A stretch of 64,000 bases of DNA, from the sequence record DRR378314_2238; one strand, given 5' to 3'. This document shows, piece after piece, positions 38,522-48,707 of the stretch. The stretch's first letter is position 1; each line of letters begins with the position of its first letter. The notes under the pieces were generated by a model that searched no databases, had not been told where the DNA came from, and worked only from the letters and a program-made list of their open reading frames with translations. The position numbers were made by a program, and so were the translations under genes.

Positions 38522-39613
38522 ATGAAATCAAGATTGAGAGGGTCGCTGCTTGCGACCGCGATTGGCACCTTGCTGTCAACAGGCGCTTTGGCAGAAGGTG
38601 AACTGACTGTGGTTTCCTGGGGAGGAGCTTATACGAAAAGTCAGGTTGAAGCCCATCACAAGTCATTTTCGGCCGAGACCGGCGTTACGATCCGGTCCGA
38701 GGATTATGACGGAAATATTGGTGTCATCAGATCGCAGGTAGAGTCCGGAAAGGTAACCTGGGACCTCGTCGATACTGAACTTGCCGAGGCGTTGCTACTT
38801 TGTGATGAGGGTCTGACCGAAGTCATTGATCACGCGCAACTTCCGGCGGCTCCTGATGGGACACCGGCAACCGAGGATTTCCTGCCCGGCACACTGCATG
38901 AATGTGCTGTCGCATCGGTCATCTGGACCAATATCTATGCTTATGATCGAACCAGATTCCCGAATGACCAGCCCACCACGGCTGAGGACTTTTTCGATCT
39001 TGAAAAGTTCCCCGGAAAGCGCGGTTTGCGTAAGATCGCCAAGGCGACGCTGGAATTCGCACTCATCGCGGATGGCGTCGAACCCGATCAGGTCTACGAA
39101 GTTCTTGCCACAAAAGACGGCCAGGATCGTGCCTTTGCAAAGCTTGATACCATCAAGGATGACATAATCTGGTGGGAAACCGGTGCTCAGCCGCCGCAAC
39201 TTCTGGCAGACGGCGAAGTTGTCATGTCGACGGCTTGGAACGGACGGATATTCAATGCCCAAGTGGTTGAGAACAAGCCGTTTGAAATCGTCTGGGACGG
39301 CCAGATTTGGGATCTCGACCTCTGGGTCATTCCAAAAGGCGCGCCGAACAAAGACCTTGCGCTTGAGTTTCTGAAATACGCGACCAGCACCGAGCAACTG
39401 GCCGAGCAGGCACGGTGGATTTCCTATGGTCCCGCCCGCAAGTCATCGAACCCGTTGATCACCACCCATGCTGAATCTGGCATCCAGATGGCATCTCATA
39501 TGCCAACTGCGCCCGAAAATCTCACGCGTGCTCGCCAGACTGACGCAGCATTCTGGGCCGATCATGTCGTGGAGTTGACCGAGCGTTTCAACACTTGGCT
39601 CGCTGCCCAGTAA
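38522..39613 (+). CDS. Polyamine ABC substrate-binding protein
   Basis: Signal peptide; VSWGGAYT, WDLVD, QPPQLLADGEV, AWNGR. Confidence 0.9.
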   Translation: MKSRLRGSLLATAIGTLLSTGALAEGELTVVSWGGAYTKSQVEAHHKSFSAETGVTIRSEDYDGNIGVIRSQVESGKVTWDLVDTELAEALLLCDEGLTEVIDHAQLPAAPDGTPATEDFLPGTLHECAVASVIWTNIYAYDRTRFPNDQPTTAEDFFDLEKFPGKRGLRKIAKATLEFALIADGVEPDQVYEVLATKDGQDRAFAKLDTIKDDIIWWETGAQPPQLLADGEVVMSTAWNGRIFNAQVVENKPFEIVWDGQIWDLDLWVIPKGAPNKDLALEFLKYATSTEQLAEQARWISYGPARKSSNPLITTHAESGIQMASHMPTAPENLTRARQTDAAFWADHVVELTERFNTWLAAQ

Positions 39614-39635
39614 GCAGCTTTAAACAAAGAAAATT

Positions 39636-39677
39636 CATCAGACCGGAAGCGACCCCAAAGCGGGTTCCGGTCTGATG
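39636..39677 (+). other. Intercistronic hairpin after SBP gene
   Basis: CATCAGACCGGAA...TTCCGGTCTGATG 13-bp stem. Confidence 0.6.
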
Positions 39678-39702
39678 CCCCCTCAAAACATGACGTTGTG
39701 CA

Positions 39703-40968
39703 ATGACGACTATCGCCCTGAAACACGAAAACACCGCCTCATTGGCCGAAGACCCTCGGACACTGAAAATTAGATTGGCAAAAGCGATACGTCGCAAGCG
39801 GATCAATGCGTTTCTCTACGTCTTGCCTCTGTTCTTGTTTGTATTTGTCGCCTTTGCTCTGCCCATGATGCAGATGGCACGCCTGAGTGTCCAGAATGGC
39901 GCCGGAGGGGACATCTTGCATCGGTCCCAGGTGGCCATGAAAGACTGGACGGGATCAGACCTCCCCTCCGAAGAAATCGCCGCCGCGCTTGTCGCGGACA
40001 TGGTCGAGGCCCGTGAAAATCGGACAATCGGCAAGGTTGCTACACGCGTCAATTATTCACTGCCCGGATCGCGCAGCGTCATCACCGGCACCGCGCGGAA
40101 AGCAAAGTCACTCCAAGCCCCATACCTGGAAGCCTTGGCCACTGCTAACCCCGCTTGGCAGGACCCGCAGATATGGGTTTCTATCCGACGGGCCATCGCA
40201 CCCGTGACGCCAGATTTCTATCTTGCCGCACTTGATCTTGAGCGGGACATGGACGGCAATGTGGTCTTCGTCGAACCCGAACGGCAAATCTATATCACGC
40301 TCTTTGTGCGAACGCTGATCCTTAGTGTGTTGATAACATCGCTATGTCTGCTGCTTGGTTTCCCAGTTGCATACCTGCTTGCGTCTCTTCCGGCCAAATA
40401 TGCCAATCTTCTGATGATCCTCGTCCTGTTGCCATTCTGGACAGCGCTGCTTGTTCGAACAACAGCATGGCTGGCGCTTCTTCAAAGTCAGGGTGTCATC
40501 AACGATATTTTCGTGTTCCTTGGCCTGATTGGCAATGAGCAGCGTTTGCAGTTGATCTATAATGCAACCGGTACGGTCATCGCGATGACCCACATCCTTT
40601 TGCCATTCACGATCTTGCCGCTCTACAGTGTCATGAAGACAATTTCGCCGACCTATGTTCGCGCGGCCGAGTCTTTGGGCGCGGCCCCAAGTGTTGCCTT
40701 CTTCAGGGTGTATCTGCCTCAGACGAAACCCGGTATTGCGGCAGGCTGTCTTTTGGTCTTCATCCTGTCTATCGGTTTTTACATCACACCAGCCCTTGTC
40801 GGCGGTTCAGATGGGCAACTCATCTCAAACTTCATCGCACTTCACGTGCAACGCAGCCTCAACTGGGGGCTTGCCGCAGCATTGTCGACAATTCTGCTGG
40901 CCGCCATCCTCATCCTCTATTGGCTGTTCAACAAGCTCGTCGGTATCGACAAGCTCAAACTGGGGTGA
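39703..40968 (+). CDS. Polyamine ABC permease (PotB-type, long periplasmic loop)
   Basis: LLPFWTALLVRT, RAAESLGA, GFYITPALVGG. Confidence 0.9.
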   Translation: MTTIALKHENTASLAEDPRTLKIRLAKAIRRKRINAFLYVLPLFLFVFVAFALPMMQMARLSVQNGAGGDILHRSQVAMKDWTGSDLPSEEIAAALVADMVEARENRTIGKVATRVNYSLPGSRSVITGTARKAKSLQAPYLEALATANPAWQDPQIWVSIRRAIAPVTPDFYLAALDLERDMDGNVVFVEPERQIYITLFVRTLILSVLITSLCLLLGFPVAYLLASLPAKYANLLMILVLLPFWTALLVRTTAWLALLQSQGVINDIFVFLGLIGNEQRLQLIYNATGTVIAMTHILLPFTILPLYSVMKTISPTYVRAAESLGAAPSVAFFRVYLPQTKPGIAAGCLLVFILSIGFYITPALVGGSDGQLISNFIALHVQRSLNWGLAAALSTILLAAILILYWLFNKLVGIDKLKLG

Positions 40969-40974
40969 TCGACG

Positions 40975-41883
40975 ATGGCACTTCCTCCGTACAAAACTGC
41001 GTTGCAGCGGGCATGGCACTATTCTTTCCGAGGGATCTGCGGGCTTATCTTTGTCTTTTTGATCGCGCCGCTGCTGATCGTTGCCCCGCTGTCGTTCAAC
41101 GTCGAACCCTACTTCTCGTTCACACCAGGTATGTTGGCATTTGAGCCTGAAGCGTACTCGACACGTTGGTACGAGAACATTGTCAATCTCGGGATGGTCA
41201 ATCCGGATGCGTCTTATGCCGAGGGTTGGTGGAAGGATATGTGGGAAAATGCCCAGTGGATCCGTGCCATCAAGAACAGCTTCTTTATTGGCATATTCTC
41301 TGCACTGATCGCGACGGCCCTCGGGACACTGGCGGCACTTGGTCTGAGCAAGCCCGAGATGCCTTTTCGCGCAGCAATTACCGGGTTCCTGATCTCGCCC
41401 ATGATCGTGCCGATCATTGTAACTGCAACCGGGATGTACTTTTTCTACGCAACCATCGGAATTGCAAAGACTTATGTAGGGGTGATCGTGGCCCATGCCA
41501 CTTTGGGTGTGCCCTTTGTGGTCATCACCGTAACGGCAACACTATCGGGCTTTGATCATAATCTGACCCGCGCGGCGCTAAGCCTTGGCGCCACACCCTG
41601 GACAGCCTTTCACAAGGTTATCATGCCGCTCATCCTGCCGGGCATGATTTCAGGGGGGCTTTTCGCCTTTGTAACTTCGTTCGATGACGTCGTGGTGATG
41701 CTGTTTCTTGGTGATCTCGAACAACGCACCGTTCCTCGGCAAATGTGGTCAGGTATCCGAGAGCAAATCAGCCCTACGATCCTGGCTGTTGCGACGATCC
41801 TCGTTCTTTTCTCAATCGCACTTTTGACAGTGGCAGAGTTGCTGAGGCGGCGGTCGGAACGGTTGCAGGGCATCGCGAAATAA
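40975..41883 (+). CDS. Polyamine ABC permease (PotC-type)
   Basis: SPMIVP, RAALSLGA, SFDDVV, QMWSGIRE. Confidence 0.9.
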   Translation: MALPPYKTALQRAWHYSFRGICGLIFVFLIAPLLIVAPLSFNVEPYFSFTPGMLAFEPEAYSTRWYENIVNLGMVNPDASYAEGWWKDMWENAQWIRAIKNSFFIGIFSALIATALGTLAALGLSKPEMPFRAAITGFLISPMIVPIIVTATGMYFFYATIGIAKTYVGVIVAHATLGVPFVVITVTATLSGFDHNLTRAALSLGATPWTAFHKVIMPLILPGMISGGLFAFVTSFDDVVVMLFLGDLEQRTVPRQMWSGIREQISPTILAVATILVLFSIALLTVAELLRRRSERLQGIAK

Positions 41884-41910
41884 CGACTTAGAAAGACACC
41901 GGAGTAGTCA

Positions 41911-42726
41911 ATGAATACAGAGAAACAAAAGATCACGCTCGGCCAACTCAACCTGAGTTTCTATGCAGTGCAGGCCGCGCTTGTGAAAGAGGTCCTTGTC
42001 CAGAAAGGGCACGAGATCGAGCTACGTCAAGGGCCCCATCAGGACGTTTATCCAGAATTGGGTGACGGGAAAATTGACGTGTTCGTGGCGACTTGGATTC
42101 CCTACTCGCACAGTGTTTTCTGGGAAAAATACAAAGACGTCATAACACCACTTGGAACCGGCTTCGAGGGCGGTGAATCCTTCTGGGCGGTTCCCGACTA
42201 CATCCCCGAAGATCTGGTGTCATCTGTTGAGGACCTGAAAAAACCCGAAGTAAAAGAGAAGATGAGGCTGCTTGTTCGGGGGATCGGAGAAGCGACCGGT
42301 GTGACACAGCGATCCAAGAACGTGATTGCAGAGTATGGGCTGGACAAACATGGCTATCATGTCGAGCCCGGAACAGATGCGGAATGGATCGCCAGTATCT
42401 CGGATGCCTATGACGCTGGCGATTGGTTCGTTTGTCCTTTGTGGCAGCCTCAGTTCTTGAACAAGAAGTACAAACTTCGCAAGATTGACGAACCCAGCCT
42501 GTGCATGGGCGGCATTGATACGGGCCGGATCACCGCACACAATGATTTTGTTGCAACTGCGCCTAACGAGACAATTGAAACCATCAAACGCATTTCCATC
42601 GGGGTCGATGCGATTACCGAGATGGACTATTTTGTGAATGTTGATGGCATGACCGCCGAAGGCGCCGCCCAACATTGGCTCAGCAAAAATCCGGAAAAAT
42701 TGCGGCATTGGCTGAATGGAGTGTAG
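41911..42726 (+). CDS. OpuAC/ProX-fold binding protein lacking a signal peptide
   Basis: LSFYAV, IDVFVATWIP.SH, WAVPDYIP, WQPQFLN; hydrophilic N-terminus. Confidence 0.8.
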   Translation: MNTEKQKITLGQLNLSFYAVQAALVKEVLVQKGHEIELRQGPHQDVYPELGDGKIDVFVATWIPYSHSVFWEKYKDVITPLGTGFEGGESFWAVPDYIPEDLVSSVEDLKKPEVKEKMRLLVRGIGEATGVTQRSKNVIAEYGLDKHGYHVEPGTDAEWIASISDAYDAGDWFVCPLWQPQFLNKKYKLRKIDEPSLCMGGIDTGRITAHNDFVATAPNETIETIKRISIGVDAITEMDYFVNVDGMTAEGAAQHWLSKNPEKLRHWLNGV

Positions 42727-42804
42727 CCCGAAAGTTAATGGGTCTACCTGAAGTTTGACAAGATGATGAATGCACGTTTTCCGTAAGCGTTCACATTCGG
42801 TATC

Positions 42805-42836
42805 ACCTGACGCGCTTGATGGCGCGTCAGGTTTTT
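42805..42836 (+). terminator. Intrinsic terminator
   Basis: ACCTGACGCGC-N6-GCGCGTCAGGT-TTTT. Confidence 0.8.
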
Positions 42837-42867
42837 AGGGTTGGCGCGTGCGCGCGAAACACCTCAA

Positions 42868-42896
42868 TTCATCTTAACCCTGAGGTTATCTCATTT
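42868..42896 (+). promoter_or_regulatory. LysR-type operator (island motif)
   Basis: TTCATC-TTAACC-CTGAG-GTTATC-TCATTT. Confidence 0.7.
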
Positions 42897-42949
42897 GATC
42901 GCAATATGGACTCGCAGCATGTTGCAGCCAAGTTGCAGGGGAGGGCGTA

Positions 42950-44470
42950 TTGGCTGCTGTATTGAGTGTCGCAGAGGTTTCAAAATCGTTCGGGGCGGTT
43001 CAGGCTCTGAACAAAGTTACCTTCGAAGCCAATCGCGGTGAATGCATCGCGATCCTTGGGGAAAACGGTGCCGGCAAGACCAGTCTGGCAAGTGTCCTGA
43101 TGGGTCTGTATCAGCCGGATCAGGGCCAGGTTGCGTTGGACGGGACGCCATGCGAGCTGACCAACCCATCTGTTGCGCTGGACAATGGCATTGGCATGAT
43201 CCACCAGCATTTCAGCCTGGTCGAAAACATGACTGCGTTGGAAAATATCCAGATTGGGTTGCCGGCGGCGAAACGTACACAGCGTGCCCTGCGGGACGTA
43301 CACGGCATTTGCTCTGATTTTGGGTTTGATGTCGATTTTTCCGCGAAAGTAGAGGACATGCCGGTGGGCATGAAGCAGCGGGTTGAAATCATCAAGGCGC
43401 TGTATCGCAATGTTTCCATTCTTATTCTTGATGAGCCCACAAGCGTTTTGGCCCCAACCGAGGTTCAGCCTTTTCTGGATGAAATCCGGGTTATGGTGGC
43501 AAAGGGCCTTACTGTTCTTCTGATCACACACAAGCTGGAAGAGATCGTTCAAGCCGCCGACAGGGTGCTCATTATGCGCCATGGCCGGATTGAAGGGGAT
43601 CTGGTGGTGTCCGAAACGGAAACTCACCAAATGTCGTCACTGATGATGGGCAGCGGCGACACCGGGGCGGACCTGTCACAGAAAGTTCTGAAAGAGCCTG
43701 GCAGATCCATAAGCAACGAAACGGCGCTTGCACTATCGAGTGTTTCGGTCGTTACGGAAAACGGCGTGCGCCTCCTTGATGACATTAACCTTGAAATCTC
43801 GAAGGGCGAAATCCTGGGTGTGGCCGGGATTGATGGCAACGGACAACGTGAACTGTCCGAGGCGATCTGCGGTATTCTGGAGATAACGGAAGGTGTGATC
43901 GTTCTTGATGGCACGGACATTACCAGCCAAACGATTTCTGAACGCATCGAGACGGGCATAGGGTTTGTTCCGGAAGATCGCCATGCCGAGGGCTTGGTTC
44001 TGTCGCTCAGCGTGGCGGAGAACACTGCAATTCGCACCATTCAGGACCCAAAGTTCAAAAACGGCGGCTTTGTGAACCGACGGGCAATCACGTCTTATGC
44101 CGATGATCTTGTCGCCGAATACGATATACGCCCGGGCGATCCGTCTCTTCCTGCGTCAGCCCTGTCAGGCGGTAACCAGCAAAAGGTTGTTCTGGGGCGG
44201 GAAATCGAAACGGCGTCGCGGCTGTTGGTCGTTGTGCAGCCCACCAAGGGTCTGGACGTCGGAGCCACCCGTTTTGTCCAGCAAAAGATACTTGAAGCAT
44301 CCCGGCGCGGTGTCGCGGTTCTCTATATTTCTACGGAACTGGAACATGTTCTGGAGGTGTCGGATCGCGTGGCAGTTATCGCGTTTGGCAGAATTTCCGG
44401 GGTCGTTGATCCCACGACAACATCCTCGCAAGAGATTGGCATGTTAATGACAGCGAGCAAGGGAGAGTGA
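42950..44470 (+). CDS. Nucleoside/sugar-type ABC ATP-binding protein (two ABC domains)
   Basis: GENGAGKT, HQHF, LDEPT, PEDR, LSGGNQQK, QPTKGLDVG. Confidence 0.93.
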   Translation: MAAVLSVAEVSKSFGAVQALNKVTFEANRGECIAILGENGAGKTSLASVLMGLYQPDQGQVALDGTPCELTNPSVALDNGIGMIHQHFSLVENMTALENIQIGLPAAKRTQRALRDVHGICSDFGFDVDFSAKVEDMPVGMKQRVEIIKALYRNVSILILDEPTSVLAPTEVQPFLDEIRVMVAKGLTVLLITHKLEEIVQAADRVLIMRHGRIEGDLVVSETETHQMSSLMMGSGDTGADLSQKVLKEPGRSISNETALALSSVSVVTENGVRLLDDINLEISKGEILGVAGIDGNGQRELSEAICGILEITEGVIVLDGTDITSQTISERIETGIGFVPEDRHAEGLVLSLSVAENTAIRTIQDPKFKNGGFVNRRAITSYADDLVAEYDIRPGDPSLPASALSGGNQQKVVLGREIETASRLLVVVQPTKGLDVGATRFVQQKILEASRRGVAVLYISTELEHVLEVSDRVAVIAFGRISGVVDPTTTSSQEIGMLMTASKGE

Positions 44471-44471
44471 C

Positions 44472-45542
44472 ATGAGCGCCAGTCAAATTCAGGTTCGCGT
44501 TTTGCTATCCATCGTGATCGCACTGTGCCTTGGGGGCGTGCTGATCGTAATCGACGGGCATAATCCCCTTGCCGCCTATGCTGCCTTGCTCAATGAATCC
44601 TTTCTCGACTATTGGGGGCTTTCCAACACCCTTGTAAAAGCATCCCCGATGTTGCTGGCCGGGCTGGCCGTGATCCTGCCGCTGCGCGCAGGTGTCTTCA
44701 ATATTGGTGGGGAGGGCCAGATTTACATGGGTGGGTTGTTCGGAGCCGTGGTCGCTTTGAACATTCCGGATACGCCCGGTGTTCTTGGCCTGATCGCGAT
44801 TTTCGGCGCTGCTGCCGTTGGTGGCGGTCTGTGGGCGGCATTCCCGGCTTACCTGCGGGCCTATAAGGGTACGAACGAAGTGATCGTCACTTTGCTGATG
44901 AACTTCGTCGCAATCCACATCGTCAGCTATGCGGTGTCAGGGCCTTTGATGGCTGAAGGTGCCCCATATCCATATTCCGAAGAGATTGCGGATCAGTTCA
45001 AGCTTCCGATCTTGATGCCGCGCTCTGACGCACATCTTGGTATTTTGATCGGGGTGCTGGCGGCAGTCTTGCTATACTTCTGGATCCGGTCGACACCGTC
45101 AGGTTTTCGCTTGGACCTTGTCGGGCGCAATGCGCGGGCAGCGACCTATGCGGGCGTCAACGCAAAGCGTAACATTATGATGTCGATGATTGTTGGCGGC
45201 GCGCTTGCCGGTTTGGCTGGCGCAATCGAGGTTGCCGGGCTGAAGTATCGGCTGTTCCACTTGTTCAGTGACGGTTACGGATACGACGGCATTGTGGTTG
45301 CGTTCCTGGCTGCGCTCAATCCGATTGTTGCCCCTGTCGCTGCTTTCTTTCTTGCTGGGCTTTCTGCTGGCGCGGGGACAATGCAACGCTCTATCGGGGT
45401 TGAGGGGTCCGTCGTTGAGGCGATCGAAGGGATCATCGTCATCTGTGTCGCGGCCGCCTTGGTTGTGCGCAAACCCACAGCAGATTCAGGTTGGTTGAAA
45501 CGTCTGTTGCCGCAGAGAAATAAAAACGCAGGAGGCGTGTAA
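44472..45542 (+). CDS. Nucleoside-type ABC permease
   Basis: FNIGGEGQ, NEVIVTLLMNF, GYGYDGIVVA. Confidence 0.9.
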   Translation: MSASQIQVRVLLSIVIALCLGGVLIVIDGHNPLAAYAALLNESFLDYWGLSNTLVKASPMLLAGLAVILPLRAGVFNIGGEGQIYMGGLFGAVVALNIPDTPGVLGLIAIFGAAAVGGGLWAAFPAYLRAYKGTNEVIVTLLMNFVAIHIVSYAVSGPLMAEGAPYPYSEEIADQFKLPILMPRSDAHLGILIGVLAAVLLYFWIRSTPSGFRLDLVGRNARAATYAGVNAKRNIMMSMIVGGALAGLAGAIEVAGLKYRLFHLFSDGYGYDGIVVAFLAALNPIVAPVAAFFLAGLSAGAGTMQRSIGVEGSVVEAIEGIIVICVAAALVVRKPTADSGWLKRLLPQRNKNAGGV

Positions 45543-46481
45543 ATGTTCGGTTTTGATGCAGCCTTGATCTCGGATGTTCTGGCCTCAAGCGTCAGACTGG
45601 GCGCGCCGATTGCATTTGCCGCCCTCGGTGGGGTTTTTGCAGAACGCAGCGGCACCTACAACGTCGCCTTGGAAGGTGGGATGCTGTCCGGTGCCCTTGG
45701 TGCAGCTTCGGGTGTGTTTATCACTGGAAGCGTCTTCGCCGGTCTGATCTGTGGACTGATCTGCGGTATGCTGACGGGGCTATTGCTGGGCGGTTTGGTC
45801 ATCAAATTGCGCGTCAATCAGCTGGTTGCTGGTCTTGCCGTCAACATTCTTGTGGCCGGATTGACGGCCTTTGGGGCGCGACTTGTCTTCGGAGACATGG
45901 CAGGTGGGGCCCGGGTCGAAGGGTTTTCGACCATGGAAATCCCGGGCTTAAGCAGCTTGCCGGTGATCGGCAGTGCGTTCTTCATGCAAGATCCCTTGTT
46001 CTATCTGCTGGTTGTAGTGGGTGGCCTAAGCTGGTGGTGGCTGTTCCGGTCGAATGCGGGCCTTGATTTCCGCGCCGTAGGGGAAAACCCACGTGCAGCG
46101 GATGTCGCTGGCGTGCGGGTGTTCCGGATGAAATATGTCGCGCTGGCCATCAGCGGTGCTTTGGCGGCGTTGGGTGGGATGCATTTGGTTCTGTCACAAG
46201 TATATGTCTTCACCGAAGGGATGAGTGCAGGGAAGGGCTTTATCGCGCTTGCAGCGATCATCCTCGGGCGGTGGTCTCCGGCAGGTGCAATCGCAGCTGC
46301 GTTGTTGTTTGGGTTTTTCGATGCGGTTCAGTTCAAGCTTCAGTTCAGCAATCCTGATGTGCCTTATCAGCTGTTCCTGATCCTGCCCTATGTTGCATCC
46401 TTGGCGGCTTTGATCTTCCTTGTTGGCAAAACGCGCGCACCTGCGTCGGTTGGCACGGCCTATATTCGCGAGCAACGCTAA
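45543..46481 (+). CDS. Nucleoside-type ABC permease
   Basis: ERSG..NVALEG, GENP.AAD.AG, GKGFIALAA, LPY. Confidence 0.9.
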   Translation: MFGFDAALISDVLASSVRLGAPIAFAALGGVFAERSGTYNVALEGGMLSGALGAASGVFITGSVFAGLICGLICGMLTGLLLGGLVIKLRVNQLVAGLAVNILVAGLTAFGARLVFGDMAGGARVEGFSTMEIPGLSSLPVIGSAFFMQDPLFYLLVVVGGLSWWWLFRSNAGLDFRAVGENPRAADVAGVRVFRMKYVALAISGALAALGGMHLVLSQVYVFTEGMSAGKGFIALAAIILGRWSPAGAIAAALLFGFFDAVQFKLQFSNPDVPYQLFLILPYVASLAALIFLVGKTRAPASVGTAYIREQR

Positions 46482-46579
46482 GAAGACCTGTATGTCTGGT
46501 TTTTCTCTCTACGCGCTCTGATCCGGCAGAGCGCGTGTCGTTAGGACAGAAATGTATGAAAAACAACATATAAGCGGTT

Positions 46580-46608
46580 CTCAGCCATAGTTTCAAAGCC
46601 AATCATTT
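46580..46608 (+). promoter_or_regulatory. Candidate LysR box (variant island motif)
   Basis: CTCAGC-CATAGT-TTCAA-AGCCAA-TCATTT. Confidence 0.45.
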
Positions 46609-46694
46609 TCCACTTTACGCAAAGGTCACGTAGGGCGATAGCCTTGCTTCCGTCTACCAAGTGCTGACGGAAGACTCTTGAACAAAGGTGAACA

Positions 46695-47156
46695 ATGAAA
46701 AAAATTGCTTTGAGCTCTCTCGCAATGGGATTTTGCGCCGTGATGGCGAATGCAGAAACGCGGGATATTTTGACCTACGAACAAGCTGCGGCGGGCGTGG
46801 ACGCCTGCATTTCGATGGCAACCGAAAACGGATGGAATGTATCGATTGTTGTGGTGGACCGCGGCGATAACGCGATCGCGTCTGCCCGGATGACGGAAGC
46901 TTTGAGTGCGTCCTATACCGGTGCAAACCTAAAGGCCTCTTCCGCTTTGGCCTGGGGTATGCCTACGCAGAACATTGAGGGCTTTGTCGCCGACAAACCC
47001 GAATTCCGTGCATTCCCGGGGTTGCTGACCATAGCCGGAGGGGCTCCTGCAACAAGCGAGGCGGGCACGATTATTGGCGGGATCGGGGTGGCTGGCAGCA
47101 GCCCCGACAATGACGCAGCCTGTGCAATGGCGGCGGCAAACGCTGTCGGAAGCTAA
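46695..47156 (+). CDS. Secreted GlcG/HbpS-family heme-binding protein
   Basis: Signal peptide; IVVVDRG, KA.SA, GG.P, IIGGIGVAG...DND. Confidence 0.85.
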   Translation: MKKIALSSLAMGFCAVMANAETRDILTYEQAAAGVDACISMATENGWNVSIVVVDRGDNAIASARMTEALSASYTGANLKASSALAWGMPTQNIEGFVADKPEFRAFPGLLTIAGGAPATSEAGTIIGGIGVAGSSPDNDAACAMAAANAVGS

Positions 47157-47169
47157 CTTTTGAGAACTT

Positions 47170-47196
47170 GAGAAAGCCACCGTCGGCGGCTTTCTC
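47170..47196. terminator. Probable bidirectional terminator
   Basis: GAGAAAGCC-N9-GGCTTTCTC between convergent genes. Confidence 0.65.
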
Positions 47197-47213
47197 TTAC
47201 TTTGCGATTGCGC

Positions 47214-47439
47214 TTACGAATTCTGTTCAAGCCTTGCGAGCTTTTCGTACAGATCATTCAGCCCGGTCTTGCTGTCGAGAGACTTGTATGCGGACTTAAG
47301 TGAAGCGCATTCACGGTCCAGCGCTTCCGACTGTTGTGCAAGATTTTCATAGGCCTCAGAATAGCGAACCAGAATCTGATCGATCTGAGCTTTGAGTCTC
47401 TGTTTTTGCTGATATTTGTTCTGTTTCATTTCACGCATG
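47214..47439 (-). CDS. Small coiled-coil hypothetical protein
   Basis: Follows HTH gene directly; heptad-rich, charged; start approximate. Confidence 0.5.
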
Positions 47440-47442
47440 TCC

Positions 47443-47652
47443 TTAATCGTCGGGCTCATAACTAAGGATGTCACCCGGCTGACAGTCCAGATATTTGCAA
47501 ATCGCTTCAAGCGTTCCGAAACGGATACCTTTCACCTTGCCTGACTTGATAAGACTCAGATTTGTCTCTGACAGTCCGATGGCTTGCGCCAGTTCTCTGG
47601 ACGTCATCTTCCGTTTCACCAGTTCGAGGTCGAGATTTACCAGAATCGTCAT
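47443..47652 (-). CDS. Cro/C1-type (YozG-like) HTH regulator
   Basis: IGLSETNLSLIKSGKVKGIRFGTLEAICKYLDCQPGDIL. Confidence 0.9.
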   Translation of the reverse strand: MTILVNLDLELVKRKMTSRELAQAIGLSETNLSLIKSGKVKGIRFGTLEAICKYLDCQPGDILSYEPDD

Positions 47653-47661
47653 GATACTCGC

Positions 47662-48201
47662 CTATAAAATGTGATTGATTTCATCTTCAATGACTTCGGC
47701 GCGCTCTAGCGTCCGACCGACTGTCACGAAGATTAGCGAAATAATGAGAAAGACGGTTTCGAACCCAATCGGAACAAGAACGGTATCATCAACGACCGTG
47801 GCATCCCATCCCCAGATCACAATCAAGGGTATGACCGTAAACAAAATCGTGCTGCCCAGCCAGAACCCAAGGCAGCCGTAGGCGCTGCGTTTCAATCTTG
47901 AACCCACGAACTGAAAGCTAAGTTCTTTCTTTGACCAAATGAGTTGGTGAAGGGGCCAGAAGGCCAGAATGATACACAGCCAGGTTGCAAGTCCAACCAA
48001 CGCTGTGGGCCAGGCAATGTAACCGGGTTTGTGTTCCGGGCTGACCTCTATGGATAGGAACCACCAAAGCTCCTCGTAGTTTCCAATCATTGTATCAAAG
48101 GCCAGAATTAATGCTTCGAAACCGGATGCAAGGATGACGGTTAGCATGGCTATGGCGACAAGAATTTTCATTGTTTTTCGCTCTGTTGGGTACTTTTCCA
48201 A
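47662..48201 (-). CDS. DUF2975-like membrane protein
   Basis: Four TM segments; C-terminal A..IEDE...I; precedes YozG-like HTH. Confidence 0.7.
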   Translation of the reverse strand: MEKYPTERKTMKILVAIAMLTVILASGFEALILAFDTMIGNYEELWWFLSIEVSPEHKPGYIAWPTALVGLATWLCIILAFWPLHQLIWSKKELSFQFVGSRLKRSAYGCLGFWLGSTILFTVIPLIVIWGWDATVVDDTVLVPIGFETVFLIISLIFVTVGRTLERAEVIEDEINHIL

Positions 48202-48311
48202 TCAATAAACTATCATTATTAAAGTTGCAAACTTTTAACTAAAACATAAAAACTTATTTACATTATGAAAACTTTGACCTAGATGAGTCGCATCGTAAGG
48301 AGTACCAAAAG

Positions 48312-48674
48312 ATGAAAACAAGAAACCTCGCCCTGTGCGTCCCACTGCTTCTGGTTGTTGCATGTGCTGAAAGTCCGGTTGAGCGGAGTCTGGTTGTGGA
48401 TGGGCCGAAAACCGCGGCCTTTGCGGCGGATCGTCGTCACTGCACCAATCTGGCGCTGAATTATGACGATGGGTCTGCTGGTAACGAAGCCCTGATTGGT
48501 GCTGCGATCGGCGCCACCTTTGGTGCGCTCGAAGATGATCTGGAAGGCGCGATTGTTGGTGCCGCTATTGGTGGCGCGCTTGGTGGCCTTGAGGGCAGCG
48601 TGGATCTGGAAGACGAACAGCGCGATGTGCTGATCCGCTGCATGCAGAATCGTGGGCACCAAGTGATTGGCTGA
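48312..48674 (+). CDS. Glycine-zipper lipoprotein
   Basis: Lipobox VVAC; GAAIGA repeats; C...A and RCMQNRGH. Confidence 0.8.
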   Translation: MKTRNLALCVPLLLVVACAESPVERSLVVDGPKTAAFAADRRHCTNLALNYDDGSAGNEALIGAAIGATFGALEDDLEGAIVGAAIGGALGGLEGSVDLEDEQRDVLIRCMQNRGHQVIG

Positions 48675-48707
48675 TGCCTGACCTGACCTGCACGAAAGGA
48701 CCAGTTC

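Noticed and set aside
37500-38666. 388-aa minus-strand ORF
   Set aside because: Antisense shadow of potA
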